A DNA stretch of 34,281 nucleotides from Xylographa opegraphella (taxonomy: Eukaryota). The notes below the pieces were generated by a model. The model was not told where the DNA came from. It made no database searches and worked only from the letters and a program-made list of their open reading frames with translations. Shown piece by piece: positions 1 through 13,498 of this stretch. The stretch's first letter is position 1; every line of letters starts with the position of its first letter. The translations under genes were made by a program, and so were the position numbers. The stretch lies in NCBI GenBank assembly GCA_022813865.1, contig JALDZX010000112.1:1-34281 (forward strand), read 5' to 3'.

Positions 1-60
1 TCGTCCACCTAAAGCTTACGTTCTAGGCGTGCTTGTGTGGTGAGTTGATGAGCCGTAACA
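1..60 (+). mobile_element. 3' end of an LTR (partial copy, cut by the window start)
   Basis: 59/60 identical to 29401-29460; ends in the canonical LTR terminus ...AGCCGTAACA. Confidence 0.8.
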
Positions 61-591
61 CTTATCATAAAATATATATTTTACAAAAACGTCCCGGGAG
101 ACTCCTAACGCACCCTGCCAAGCCAAGATACTTAAAATCTGAGACCATTGTGGGAACATCCTAGGACCATGTGCGCTACCCCCCAATTCGCCCTTAAGGT
201 AATGTTTGATTGGAGTGCGACCTTTGACGCGACCGTGCCCGGGCTGAACTAGCGGAAGCGAAATCTGCACCGCCACAGATGAGCTCAGCTACACGTCAGC
301 CGGATTTAGGGTTTATCCGTACCGACGCAAACTGACTCTGGGGCTTGACACGGACCCTCGATCTGATGGCGATGTCGAGGATGAGGCAGGCTGGCCTTGT
401 CAGCTTTTTGGGAAATATTCGAGAACGACGCGGACGCATATCTGCGGGATAAGTGTATTTTCAATTTTCATTTCCCGGACCCTTTGAAGCTTCAATTTAC
501 ATTGTTTCCGAAGCTGAACAATGTGCCGCGTTCGAACACTTCTATCATAGCTTTTCACTTTATTGCCATCCTACGAAAGTTTTACTTCGTC

Positions 592-2647
592 ATGGTTGGG
601 ACTCGAAATGTAATATTCGCCGAGGAGAGTGCAGAGGTCGAGTTGCTCCGTGCTCAAGCTGAGAAGCAGAAAGACTTCAACAAGAGACTATTGGTGACCC
701 TTGGAAGGGTCACCGACCTTGGAAATAGCCTGAAGCTTGAATTGGGGCCGGTCTACAATGATACTCAATCGCTACAGACGGTTACAGACAGTACATGGGA
801 ATAATCGTGTCTACTCAATACCGGCTAACATATTACCTCACAGATGCTGGAAGGCTTCTCAATGAGCTACAAAAGCAGACAAGGCCACTAGAAGGCAAGG
901 GCGATGAGGAACGCACAATCCGTGATGGGTTAGTAGTTTTACGAATATTCGACACAAAGCTGACATTCCTGTAGACCAGCTGCGGTGGGTGTGAAGAGTT
1001 ATCTCGCGTCTCTGAAGAGGGCCGAGGACAAGCTCTCCAACTTGAAGTCGACAAATTTTCGTGTCAACCAGGAGGCAATGTCCGAGTTGGGAAATCTTCT
1101 CAACTATGGCCGACAGCAACTCTTGGCTCTTTTCGAATCACTGCTTCAGGAAGATGCCAAGGCCATTGAGCCGCTACAATTCATAACGAAACGTAGGCGT
1201 CTCTTCTTATCATGGCCGTGTTGTCAGTAACTAAACGTGTGTAGAGCTCTCTTTTCCCGGCATTCCACAAAGTAAGCTATCAGAACTGGCCGCTCTAGAT
1301 GGATTTGTATCTACAAATCAACCTCGAACAGGCTACCAGGACAATACGCCATCAGGGCGTATCTATGCAGATGTCCGTGGATTATACTTGAGTAGTAGTC
1401 TTCAGAATCTTGCTACCGCTTCCATAAGCACTTCGAGGAAGAAGAGCCTTGACACAGTCTATCGTCAAGGGACCAGTGGGATTGGCACATATGCGAACGC
1501 CATTGAGGGCATCTTCCTTGCCGAATGGCGCAACATCACTCTCATCTTCTCACGCGATACATGGAGCACCGTTTTTGAACACACAACACAGCAGGCAATC
1601 GCAGAATTCTCCAAGACGCTGCGTGAACTAGGAGTGCAAATTAAATCAAACATCACCACGGATTGTTTCCTTGCATACGAGATTGTTGGTATTGCCAATC
1701 TGTTAGCAATTCGCATCGACAGTCAGACTGGACAGCTGAAACAGCAATTGGTCGACGCCGTCAAGCCGGTTCGTGATATAGCCAAGGCCTCCATTGGGGA
1801 GCTTCTCGACGACATACGACGTCGCATGGGTGCCATGATATCAATTCCAAACGACGGAGCCGCTCTACCTATCACCACTGAAGTGATGTCACGACTTCAA
1901 ACACTCGTTCTCTACCCACAACCTTTGTCGTCCACACTTACCTCACTTGGTGATGGCAACTGGTCCTCTTCTGCCAGTGTGAATGGCTCTACCGCATCAC
2001 TCCCGAGTACAAAATCCTTTGACGTCGGAGCAGACGGCAACCAAATCCTTGCTCACTACGTCTCCGACAGCATCGAAATGCTCCTCTCAAACCTAGAATC
2101 CCTGACTAAGAGATTAGTGAGATCAAAAGCCGTCCACGGGGTTTTCATGGCCAATAATGTCGCAATCGTCGACCGCATGATCCGTTCCTCCGAAATTCAA
2201 TCGCTCTTCAACTCCACGAGCACCCCTAACAAAGTGGAAATCTGGCGTAAGAAGGCTACGGGGACATACCTTGACGCATGGCGCGAACCATGCGCAGCAC
2301 TCATGGACGTGCAATACACGAACCGTGGTGCTCGGCCACCGTCTGGCAGCAACGCCATTGATTCTGCAGTGATCGTTAAAAGCCTGAACAGCAAAGACAA
2401 AGACGCTTTGAAGGAGAAGTTCAAGAGCTTCAACCTGTCGTTCGACGCGCTGAGTGCGAAACACAAAGAAATGTCGCAGTCGATGGAACGCGAAGTGCGC
2501 TCTCAACTCGCGAGGGACATCCAGGCTATGATCGAGCCCCTATATGCTAGGTTCTGGGACCGATACCACGAGGTCGACAAGGGTCGGGGGAAGTATGTCC
2601 GCTACGACAAGGGGAGCCTGTCTGCTCAACTCTCCAGCATGGGTTGA
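592..2647 (+). CDS. EXO70: Exocyst complex subunit Exo70 (4 exons: 592-790, 844-928, 975-1192, 1245-2647)
   Basis: N-terminus MVGTRNVIFAEESAEVELL; three GT-AG introns with branch-point-like motifs splice in frame; C-terminus KDKDALKEKFKSFN...IEPLYARFWDRYHEVDKGRGKYVRYDK is typical of fungal Exo70. Confidence 0.95.
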
Positions 2648-2899
2648 CGAAACTCTGGGCTTCTCACGAGCGTGACACGATGCCAAGATCGATGAGTCCG
2701 ACATCCATTCTGTCTGTAACTTCGATATAACGAGGACGAGATCTCCGGTGGCAGATTGCTTTTCATGTTTCTCATTTCTGACTTTTTTTACCACGAATAC
2801 CCAATGCACCGGACAGTGCATAGCGAAGCATGTGTCTTACCGTATAAACTCTTTCTGCGACTTTCAAGTTTTTGAAAGCGTCGTATGGCTCAAATTAGC

Positions 2900-3560
2900 T
2901 ATCTCGTTCCCCTTCGGACAAGATTTGCCTTGAGAACATGCTCCATCCGTAACGATTCAAGCCGCAAGCTCGCAACAGACGGGCCCCGTACCCGTTCTCC
3001 CACTTTAGACCTCTGCACACTTTCCTCTCTATGCCCCACGCATGCTCCCCTGGGAGAGGAGCACATAATACCCATTTCGCCACTACACCGTTAGAAACTT
3101 CATCCCCATACTAGCCACCCCGCTATTAGCACTTATATCCAAACCCCATCGCTCCTCCCACCTACGCACTCACCTTAGATAAGCCTTCGGCCTTATCTCC
3201 ATCCCGACCTCCCTCTCGTCGTTGTGGCCCTCCTCCTCCTCCACCTCCCACTTATCAACCCACTCCCCCCTCCCCCGACTTTACTCTCCACCTTTACCCC
3301 TCCCGGAGTCGTATGCAGAGCTCGGAACGGTCGCGGCGAGGAGCGGGATGGAGAGCACGGCGAGGGCGAGCGCCGATGCGGGGGTGGGTTGGAGGTGGTG
3401 GGGGGTGGGTTATGATTGGGTATTGAGGCGGGGAGGGGGATGAGGTGCCGGGGCGGATACGGGGACCTGGTGCACGGGGTGGCGTTGGTACTCGGGTGAG
3501 CGGGGGGGGGGGACTGGCGCATGGGTTGGAGCTGCAGGTTCATCTTCGCGGTGATGGACT
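2900..3560 (-). pseudogene. Possible decayed or orphan gene, low complexity
   Basis: One minus frame has strong third-position C then G bias (HREDEPAAP...ASALALAVLSIPLLAA...EWVDKWEVEEEEG) but is broken by TAA at 3410-3412 and 3281-3283. A canonical intron starts with GTGAGT at 3173 and has GCTAAT/CTAAC branch points and TAG acceptors. No family recognised; limits approximate. Confidence 0.3.
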
Positions 3561-3880
3561 ATGAATCTAGCCTTAGAGATGACTTTTTTCTGACTTGCGT
3601 GGTAACGCGGCTCAGTCGTGTGCGGATGGCATGGCGGGAAGAGTTTGCTGTTCGTGATAAAATTCCACCATCTTGGGAAGCTGAGAGGGCATATGTAAAA
3701 GCAGTTCATACGTCGCCTATCTGAGTCGCTATTGACAACGCGGGTTTGAGAATGATTCGACATGATAGAAGATGAGCGTACTGGATCATGGGATGCATAC
3801 AAACAATGACTTTGTTCCAAAATAGATGGCCCAAGCTACAGAACGACCAACCTTCCACGCTATGCTGCACCGCTCGTAAC

Positions 3881-6517
3881 TCATTTCTTAGCCGTGGAAA
3901 AGACTTCCAACAAAGCTTCGCCCTCTTCGGGCGTGACGGTATCTTCCAGCATCTGGTGAGCACAATCGACAACGTCGTCTTCGATGCCGCGTTCGAAGAA
4001 AAGCCCGTCGCTGAATGCGAGACGTGTTAGCACGATCAGGTGCTTGTAGACTCCACCAGGATGGGCTCGGAGCTTCTCTTGCATGTTGATGATGTTGGGA
4101 TATGCGGATGTCAGGTGGAACACTAATCGGGTGGCTTGATTGACAAGCTCAGCTCTGACACATATGTCAGCTCTCATTGTTAGCAGCTTTCCACCTGAAG
4201 CTGGCTATCACGAACCGGTATTCATGACCAAACTTATGATCGTATAAGGCGTTCAGTTCATGATTCATTAGTCGTACAAGTCGTCCAACAGCCAAGGGAT
4301 GTTTTGCAACAGCCTCACCTCCATGGCTCTTATCACAGAGCTTCTCCACCAAAGAAAGTACTTGAATGCGCATCTCAGCGATCTCTACAGTATCGTAAGG
4401 CTGTTCTCCTTCCGCTGCCTTTGGAACGTCAATGAGCATCAGAGACACTCGGTCAATGATATGCTGTTCTGATTCAATTTGTGTAGCTGAATTGGTAATC
4501 ATTGCAAAAGTGTTCTCCTGGACACTGGTTTCAAGTAATTTCAACATAAGCTGAATGTCTTCTACTGGTTGAGACGTACGAAACATCATCATGATGAAAT
4601 CGAAACGCATGAAGCGCCAAAACCGTGCAATGTCTTCGCTCTTTCTTACACAGGCCATGGCGATCAAATACAAGATTTGGAGGCATTCATTCGTGTCGAT
4701 ATCGTCGTTGAGCATTTTCTTCGGCTCTTTGGCTGCTGCAGCTGTGAAGCGCTTGAAGCGTGGGATGACATTGATATCGGCAGTTTTCTGTGCAAATTCT
4801 ATTACTTCGTCCATGACCTGCGGTCCTACCGTCGAATTGCTCAAAAGTACGAACTTGATAAGATCCAACAACAGTCGTAATGGCTTATACTGGAGAGTCG
4901 ATTAGAATGAAGCTGCATAAAGATAATATACGACAACAGAATGAGAATGCTTACATATTCTTCTTTGACGCAACGTGCCCACAATGAGACTACAATGGAG
5001 ACTAAGGCGGCAAGAAAATCGTCCATATTCTGATTAGGACTCAATAAGGTCATTTTGTCTAAAAGTAGAGTAGATAGTTGAACTTTTGGCGTCGACGGGA
5101 AAGCAAAATCGGCAAGGGCTTCGAATGAACGACGTTCGCCAAGCCCAATTCGGTGATTGAGGACTTTCTGTGTATACTACCGAGTATCAGAATTTTCATG
5201 CTAGCCTGGGGCACCGTACCTACTTGAAACTGATAGTCAGCTCTTACTGTCGGCCTGGTGCCTTCCGTTGCGCCTTCTTGTGGTTTAGTCGGGGTAGAGA
5301 CGTTCTGGGTGATTCCGTCTTTTGGCTGACTGAATTGAAGCGATTGAGCCGGGCTTGGTTCGGCGACCTTACGTTTTCTCTTCTCGCCAGCTTTTGGCGT
5401 CGCTGTTTTGAATCTGCCATGCGTTTTGGACGGCGAAACAGCCATAATTTCATCATCGTCGAAGCCGTCTCGGAAAGGTAGAGCAACATTTTTCTTAGGA
5501 GTAGTAGCAGCGTTCTTGGTTGTGCCTTTTTTAGATATTGTGTGGCTGCCTGTACCACTTTTCGCAATCCGCTGGAGCTGTCTTGCACGCTCGCTCTCTA
5601 TGAGATCGTGCTGGAGATACTTTTTTTCGGTGACAAGCTTCTCGCGTTCAGCCCTCGCATGCTCAATCTCTGCTTGTTGTCTGGCGGCGATTTCGGAATG
5701 TTGCTTATGAACCTCCTTGAGTTGCCTCTCGTGATCTCGTTGGGTCTTGAGCTGGTTGGCTCTTACGATTGAGATTTCACCGGCCTTTGCGAAAGCTTGT
5801 TCATTGGCAGACTGGACAGCATTTTGAAGAATTTCTCGTTCACGAAGCAACTAAGGCAAGCTTGTAAGCACGAATACTTCATGAAAGACCTTGATCCCTG
5901 ACCTCCACAATCTTCGCATTAAGCTCATTGACAGGATTCATGATGCTACCAACTCCAGAGCCATCACTTTGTTCAGGTACGTCCAACATTTCCTGCTCAT
6001 CGTCCGAAGCGGTTCCCTCAGCCATTGCATTCGGATTGCCACCAGCGATAACGCGATTGTGCTGGCCATTTGGACCAAACTTAGGTTGCTCAGATTTCAA
6101 TAGATTGGAAGGTCCTGAATAGCGTTTCTGAGCCCATTGCTCTCGTTGTGTACTTTCTCCGTGTGGTCGATGTCCAACAGAATGAAGAAAGCTCTTATGA
6201 AGAGGGTCTTTAGGTACATCCAGCAGACCAGCGTCCAAGATCTCATCGTCGAGATCTCCATAATCAGAGGACGGGTTGTCTTGGTATGCTTGTACTAGCG
6301 GTCTATTGTTTCTGTCTATAGCACCCCCTGGACTTCTCCGCGTTGCACCCACAGCCCGGGTCTGAGATGGATTTTGGAGTCTTTGAGCTGCGGGGGCGGT
6401 GGGCTTTTGGTGTTGTGTCGAGTGAATCGCTCTCCGCTGAAGCTCTAAGAAGTCCTGAGAGATGAGAGCATCTAAGTCATCGTCCAAAAATCCTTCGTCT
6501 CCGTCGATATCGGCCAT
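3881..6517 (-). CDS. rad26: DNA-damage checkpoint protein Rad26/ATRIP (UvsD/Lcd1-like), 5 exons
   Basis: Acidic N-terminus DDDLDAL, coiled coil starting KAGEISIVRANQ, TPKK...PFRDGFDDDEI motif, helical C-terminal region (FWRFMRFDFIMMM; LTRLAFSDG...VVDCAHQMLE). The four introns splice in frame. Confidence 0.85.
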
Positions 6518-7081
6518 GCCATTCACCAATAGAATTCATGAGGCCGCTGGACAACAAGATGAATCTGAGAAAACAGCACGCGGCTCCAGGTTGCTCATGT
6601 TTACGTACTTCGTAGTACAGAGTAGTACCTTCGTACCTCGTGGTAAAGGCTGAAGCTCGGTTGACGCGCTCGTCTGCGGAATTCAGGGTCCACTATCTTA
6701 GCGGGTAGGGCTGCCCTCGATGACGCTAAAGCAGCCGCCGATCACAAGCCAAATGCGAGTATTCTATTACTCAAGCCAAAGCTCCCACGACGACGTTACA
6801 TAGGTTTCGGCGCGCTGCGGAAACAGCCACCTTCCATCTCAAGGCCGATAGCAAAAGGGTCAGACCGCTTGGTCATTGGCTTCTGATTACGTCTACAGCC
6901 AAGGTTTGCTTGGTCACCTTCGGGCACCGAGATCTGTTGCGCAACCTGCGGGTTTCTTGCTACCTTTAGGCGCAATAGCACGAAAATCGATAGCTAGAAG
7001 AGCGAGCGAGTACAATCGTACCTGGTCTTAATAGAGAATCGCAACGCAGGCAGGCAAGCTGTGCCGACAGTTGCGTAATTG

Positions 7082-8691
7082 ATGGCGAAGCCACGGCGAA
7101 ATATTCAGTTCCAGCACAGAGGCAGCAATGCGCACGATGGTAGGCGGCTGAGTATGTCGGAAGTCAGTGAGGGTCCGTCAGAGCCCGGCAGCCCAGTAAA
7201 GGCGGGTATGAATGGGAAAGTAGAAGTAAGCATTGAGGAGGTACTCTGCCCCACTCGGATCAGCCTTTCTTGGTTGGAACACGAATCTCGTACATGTGGT
7301 TGGCATTCATGAAGCAAGCTGACTCTGGAGAATAGCTGACGGAGCCCCCCGAGCCTACTGAATACGAGAAAAAGAAGCAGACATTCATTACACGAACAAT
7401 ATGGACATTCATCATGATCGCCTTCTTCTTTGTCGCCATGTTCTCCGGGCACATCTACATAATAGGCATTATCACTACCATCCAAATAATATCGTTCAAG
7501 GAGGTTATTGCAATTGCCAATTTCCCCAGTAGGGCAAAGGGACTGAAATTCACAAGATCCCTGAATTGGTATTTCTTGGGAACAGCCATGTACTACCTCT
7601 ATGGGGAAAGTGTGATATATTATTTCAAGCATATCGTGCTAGTAGACAAAGTTTTGCTACCATTTGCTACGCATCATCGTTTTATCAGCTTCATGTTATA
7701 TACTATTGGTCAGTCCACCTATTCCCACTACAAAAGTCATGCAGCTTTTGCTAATATGAGTGATACAGGCTTCGTCTTCTTCGTCGGCTCCCTCCAAAAA
7801 GGCCACTACCGCTTTCAATTTACACAATTCGCTTGGACACATATGGCACTCTACCTGATTGTGGTTCAGGCGCACTTCGTCATGAACAATATATTTGAGG
7901 GGATGATATGGTTCTTCCTCCCTGCCTCCCTCGTCATAACTAATGATATCTTTGCCTACATCTGCGGTATCGCCTTCGGACGTACGCAACTTATAAAGCT
8001 CTCACCGAAGAAAACGGTAGAAGGATTTGTCGGTGCGTGGATCTTCACGGTGATTTTTGGAATCGGAATGACCAACGTCTTGATGCGCTACTCCTACTTC
8101 ATCTGCCCTGTTGACGTAAGTCCTCCAACCACTGCTGATTCCTGGCCTCTCATCTTTACGTTTGCTAAGTATTCTGTCCGTTTACTGACATTCTCATAGG
8201 ACCTTGGCGCCAACATCTTCACCGGCCTCACCTGCACTCCCAACCCAGTCTTCCTTCAACAAGCCTACTCTCTCCCCGCCTGGACCCACATCACTCGCAC
8301 CTTTTACATCGCTCCGATGCAATTTCATATTCTCGTATTCGCGACCTTTGCCTCGCTGATTGCCCCCTTCGGTGGCTTCTTTGCGTCCGGTCTCAAGCGC
8401 ACTTTCAAAGTCAAAGACTTCGGCGAATCCATACCCGGCCACGGCGGCATCACTGACCGTATGGATTGCCAGTTCATCATGGGCTTCTTTGCGTTTATGT
8501 ACTATCAGAGCTTTATCGCGGTCTACAAGGCGAGTGTGGGTGGGGTAATGGAGATGGCGATCCAGGGGCTTACTGGGGAAGATCAGATCGAGGTTGTCAG
8601 AGGGCTTGCGAAGTACTTGGTCAACCAAGGGGTGGTGGCGGAAGCAGTGTTGGAGTGTCTGAATGGAGAATTGGGCCCAAGAAGACGGTGA
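7082..8691 (+). CDS. CDS1: Phosphatidate cytidylyltransferase / CDP-diacylglycerol synthase (4 exons: 7082-7225, 7336-7708, 7769-8116, 8200-8691)
   Basis: Signature LSPKKTVEGFVG and SGLKRTFKVKDFGESIPGHGGITDRMDCQ; multiple TM segments; introns splice in frame. Confidence 0.97.
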
Positions 8692-9334
8692 GTATTAGGT
8701 GTGAAGGTTTTTCTGTATGTGCAACACGGGAGCATGATGGATGTTCTTCGCTCTATCGTAAGTCGATGTGTTTGTAAAATATAATGACGTAGCCTCTGCC
8801 AGGGAGTATCTATCAGTCTCTCTGACACGTCGACGTTGTATATCGTTGTGCTTGTAGTCCTTTCTAGAACCCCCTCCAAAAGCATTCATGATAATTGATA
8901 AATCGAAGAATCTCAGCATGCCATACATGATGAGGGAGACTGGCTCGCGTTTCTATTACGAATTACCGAGGTGGTCGAACTGATCGACAATGATTCGGGC
9001 TTCATTGCGATTTTCAAATTGTTGATAACCAGAACTGGCACTTCATGGTGTATTGCCACTAATGGTACGCCAATCATGTGTATTAGTGCGGTCAAGATTC
9101 ATCAAGGTATATCTTCGGAGAACGATCTACGCCTAGTACGCTTGAAATGGTGGTTGGTGGTTCGTCGTTCAGATGTTTGCATTCGTAGCGCCTCAGCCTC
9201 GTCTCCATTCAGACTTCATTGAGCAATCACGATTATCATGTTCGGCTGAATAGGTGTTCTGTACATAGATTGGAACCTTTCAGGGCTGCTTGCTTATATA
9301 TCACTGTTTCTTCGTTTTCATTATTGTTATATAC

Positions 9335-11305
9335 ATGGCGCCGTATGTTTACGCAGCGCTCAATGATGGCGCCAAAGAAATCCGAACAATGACTCTGCTC
9401 GCCGGGGCTATGTCCGCTGAGATCCATGTCTCCATTGAAAAAACTTCATTTGTGACAGATGGCACTTCCCCGGTTCCAAAGTTTGAAGCTCTTTCCTACA
9501 CCTGGGGCTTGCCTGATCGTACAGCGGAGATCACCGTCCACGACGACGGCCTTCGGACGAGTACTCTTGCCATCACTCACAACTTGGCTACAGCACTACC
9601 CTATCTCCGACATGAGCACGAAGACAGAGTGCTGTGGGTTGACGCGATTTGTATCAACCAGGACGATCTCGTTGAAAAGAGTGATCAGGTGGCGCGAATG
9701 GCGGACATTTACAGCCATGCCGAACTCGTAATCACATGGCTAGGCCCCGAGAGCGAAGACAGTGGGCGCGCTCTTACGCTTTTGGACTCGCTAGGCTCGA
9801 GGATCAGAGTCGACTGGGTTGCACAGGCAATGCATTCACTAGCAGAGGACGACCGGAATTTGGCAGACCGGGCCTTACCGTTACCGTATAGCACGGCGGA
9901 GCATTCTGCAGTTTACAAGTTATTTTGCCGCTCGTGGTTCGAAAGGATTTGGATCCGACAGGAGATCCAGCTGGCGACTAAAGCCGTCTTGGTCTGTGGC
10001 CGTTCCACTATATCTTGGTCGTCTTTCCGCAACGCAGTGTTTTGCCTTTCACGCAAGCCTATGATCGAAAACGTACCTGCTTTCTCAACGCGTGTCGACT
10101 TCGTGGAAGACCTCGTCGATTACGGTGAGTCTTATACCGCGCTCGGATGGATCATTTACCAGACGAGGCATTGCAAGTGTTCCGAGCCGAAGGACAGAGT
10201 GTACGCAGTGTTGGGTCTGCTCCATGAATATGACAGAGAACGCTGGACGTTCAAGCCCGACTATACGAGCACGACCTGCCAGGTCTACGAGAATGCGTCG
10301 TTCAGCTACATGGAAGCCTTCGGCGATCTCGACCTCCTGCGTCAATGTGATTTAGGTAATCGGAGTACGGGGCTCGAATTGCCAACCTGGGTACCAGATT
10401 GGGGCTCCATGGAGAATGTCCCTCTGCCAATCCCCTTCGCAATGGCTGATTGTTCTTCGCCAGGCGAGTACCAGCGTCGTGAGCGCGAAGGCGGTGGGAT
10501 CCTAGAGGCGATGGGTGTGCATTTTGATTCAATCAAAGAGGTCATTGGATTCGATTTCATTGGGACCCGAGATTCACGCTACGAAGATGTCATGGAACTG
10601 CAACGAGTAGCCAGCTCCTATCCTTTGACCAACACGTACATAGGCGGCGGTATGCTTGTGGAGGCGCTCTGCCGCACATTTCACTTGAACATCTTCCGGG
10701 ACAGCTGGGACCCTCCTGTCTCTTCTGAGATCAGCGAGCAAGAGGGACGCGACGCCTTTTCGAAAATTCTCAAAACTACCCCAGAGAGCTTCAAGGAAAA
10801 CCTAGATGACGATGCCGTGGCCCAGAAATACACAGATACGGTTGTCAAATACGCAAAGGGAAGATCTTTCATCGTCACCGAGAACGGATACGTCGGCCTA
10901 GCCCCAGTAGCCACCCAACCCGGCGATCAAGTCTGCGTCTTGCTAGGGTGCATCACCCCGCTGGTGATCCGGCCTGTCGGAGCAGACCCTACGCAATTCC
11001 AGGTAGTGGGAGAAGCGTATGTCGACTGCGCGATGACGGGCGAAGCTTTCATCGGCCCGTTACCCGATCATTTTAAAAACCTTCAAAAACTTGACACGGA
11101 GAGAGGGTACCACAGACAAGCTTTCTTGGACGAGCGCACGTCCGAAGCGCAGTGGGAGGATCCGAGGTGGAGCCGCGTGCTAGGCGAGGACTTTGAGCAA
11201 CGGCTGGAGCTTAAAGGTATGACTGAGGAGGAGGAGAAGGCGTGCATGATGAGGGAGGTTGTCAAGGCAAGAGGTATGGAACCCCAACGTTTTGAGCTCG
11301 TTTAG
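9335..11305 (+). CDS. Heterokaryon incompatibility (HET-domain, HET-6-like) protein, intronless
   Basis: HET blocks FEALSYTWG, LWVDAICINQDD..EKSDQVARMADIYSHA, WFERIWIRQE; HET-6-type C-terminal motifs PKDRVYAVLGL, LPTWVPDW, GYVGLAP...GDQVCVLLG...VVGEAYV. Confidence 0.93.
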   Translation: MAPYVYAALNDGAKEIRTMTLLAGAMSAEIHVSIEKTSFVTDGTSPVPKFEALSYTWGLPDRTAEITVHDDGLRTSTLAITHNLATALPYLRHEHEDRVLWVDAICINQDDLVEKSDQVARMADIYSHAELVITWLGPESEDSGRALTLLDSLGSRIRVDWVAQAMHSLAEDDRNLADRALPLPYSTAEHSAVYKLFCRSWFERIWIRQEIQLATKAVLVCGRSTISWSSFRNAVFCLSRKPMIENVPAFSTRVDFVEDLVDYGESYTALGWIIYQTRHCKCSEPKDRVYAVLGLLHEYDRERWTFKPDYTSTTCQVYENASFSYMEAFGDLDLLRQCDLGNRSTGLELPTWVPDWGSMENVPLPIPFAMADCSSPGEYQRREREGGGILEAMGVHFDSIKEVIGFDFIGTRDSRYEDVMELQRVASSYPLTNTYIGGGMLVEALCRTFHLNIFRDSWDPPVSSEISEQEGRDAFSKILKTTPESFKENLDDDAVAQKYTDTVVKYAKGRSFIVTENGYVGLAPVATQPGDQVCVLLGCITPLVIRPVGADPTQFQVVGEAYVDCAMTGEAFIGPLPDHFKNLQKLDTERGYHRQAFLDERTSEAQWEDPRWSRVLGEDFEQRLELKGMTEEEEKACMMREVVKARGMEPQRFELV

Positions 11306-13498
11306 TGCGTTGCGGTTCGAGAGATATGTAGCTATTAATGTAAGGAAGCCGTGAGTTCTTAGACGTATATAGTATGCTGTGCATTCGCACGAGGTCTGTC
11401 TATATAAAAAGTTTCTCGTTCCACTTATCGATAATAAATCGAATTTAATCAATTGAGTACGGAGTACCTACAACAATGAGGCCGTTTAAATTGAACTGAC
11501 CGTCAGGCGTACATGACCTGTCGACGGGCTTAAACAGAGTGAAGAAGAAGGCCATATCATTGTGGAACTGACCCGACTCATACCGAATTCTTCTCTCTTG
11601 TAGATGACTTTTTAAACATATAATCTTCTATTCAAGTCCACGCATTTCACGGTGTTTCGTAGCCAGTTGAAAGTCCAGGACATTGATGAGAATACCTCCA
11701 ATGCTTTATGCAGCTGTGAGAAGAACCTCCCTGATAAAGCTTTGCAGGCCGACATGAAGCGACCAATAAACATGCGTAGCAAGCTAGATATAAATGGTCT
11801 CATATCTGTCCTTCATTATGCCAGTACTGACCATGTACCGCACGAGAGCATGTCATTGGCATACTCCAGTCCGACTTTGTGGGGATAGTTTGGCTCACAC
11901 CCCTCACCATGAGACTTCACGAGTGTGCGTGATTGACATTGGAATTCTAGCAACAACCGACAGGTGCTGATCTCAACCGCAAAATTATCCACTCTAGGGG
12001 CATGGCATGAAAGGCGTCTGCTTGCACACTCCCAATGCCCCTGCGATAAGCCATATCGCCAAGCCATCCAACAAGCATTACGCAGCACCGTATCTCATTA
12101 GCCGGCACCTATGGAGCAGTACCATCTACTTAAAACACGAAGCTATGCTTGCTGACTCCAGGAGCATAGTCGAAGAGCAAAACACAGGAGCACCGACTAT
12201 ACTTCCTCGCTCGGTCATCCACGACGTCCAGCGCTATTTCGCAGATACGTTCCCCCTTCGGGCGAGTCGACGGGTGACAGAATCCATTTTTGTCGTTGAG
12301 TAAGAAAGTCAGCACTGGTTGGGACTCCATCTCCACCAGCTAAAAAAACACGTAACGGGCAATGGATATTTCCAAGTCGTGATAGAACATTGATCGAAAT
12401 GTCGAAGCAATCACAGGTCTTGCGGTTGGAACGAGGATCAGGGAAAGAAGTTAATACTGCTCGACTGACGGTTTTCTGGATATCAAGAGGTTTGCAAACT
12501 TCACTGACACACTTGTAAGGTTCCTCAGGTAGGCACATTGACTGACAGCCGAAATTTCAGCAGATTCGAAAGAAACGGGTTATCTTCAACGCAGTGCCTC
12601 TCGAGTATAAATTGTTATACCGACGAGGATATGCAGCTGATGGTCCACAGAGACTCAGATATTCGAGAAGCATGAAACGAAAGGTTCTAGCACGAAGTGT
12701 TCCAAATTGAAAACCACTTAGTGCCGTCGTTCGCCCGCAGAAGGGCAATGTATATGTAAGGACTTGAATATCTATTATTAATTTACTTGGCCCACGCGGT
12801 TTGCGGCGCAAACAGAAGCATTTGTTGTGAAGCGAAATAAGGTCTCGATATAGCAAGTGCCTACCGATGCCTTACCGCTGAGGTTTCATTCGCCGGTCTT
12901 GCAAGAGTCTTCGCCTCATATTTTAGAACTTCCTTGCTCTTAGAGAACATTGCTGCTAGCAGGATAATATCATCGAGAAGACTGATTTGCTTTGCAGCCC
13001 GCACCCTGATGTCCTCAGTCGACCGAACTGAAGCTCGTTCAGCAGGCGTTCGACGATATAACCATGGTCGGCCGGGAATGGTGATTTTCCCACAAGGAGC
13101 TTACCCAACCAACCAAGAAGCATCCTCTACCATATTACTTTGACCTCCAGAGTCGTTGATGCACATGTCTCTGTCGAGCCAGGTGAAATAGCCATGAATC
13201 AACACGACTCTACGTACTCCGTACGTAGTATGTAGTTGGGAGTCTTCTGCCCTAGATCTCGGATCAATCTCGGCCCCATCCCTGTCATTGTCTTCTTGGC
13301 AAACACCCGGAACGGCGTAGAGAAATCACCGACACAACATCCCTGTAAAGTGTCGGACGACACGACCTGAATAGCTTCACAAAATTTTGGACGTCGAATA
13401 GAGGAGCAGTTCCACTCAACCTAGCACCGCCACATTAGGAACTTTGTCGATTGATTTAAGTGGACTGCTGGAGAAGGATTGATGCGCACCACCGACTG

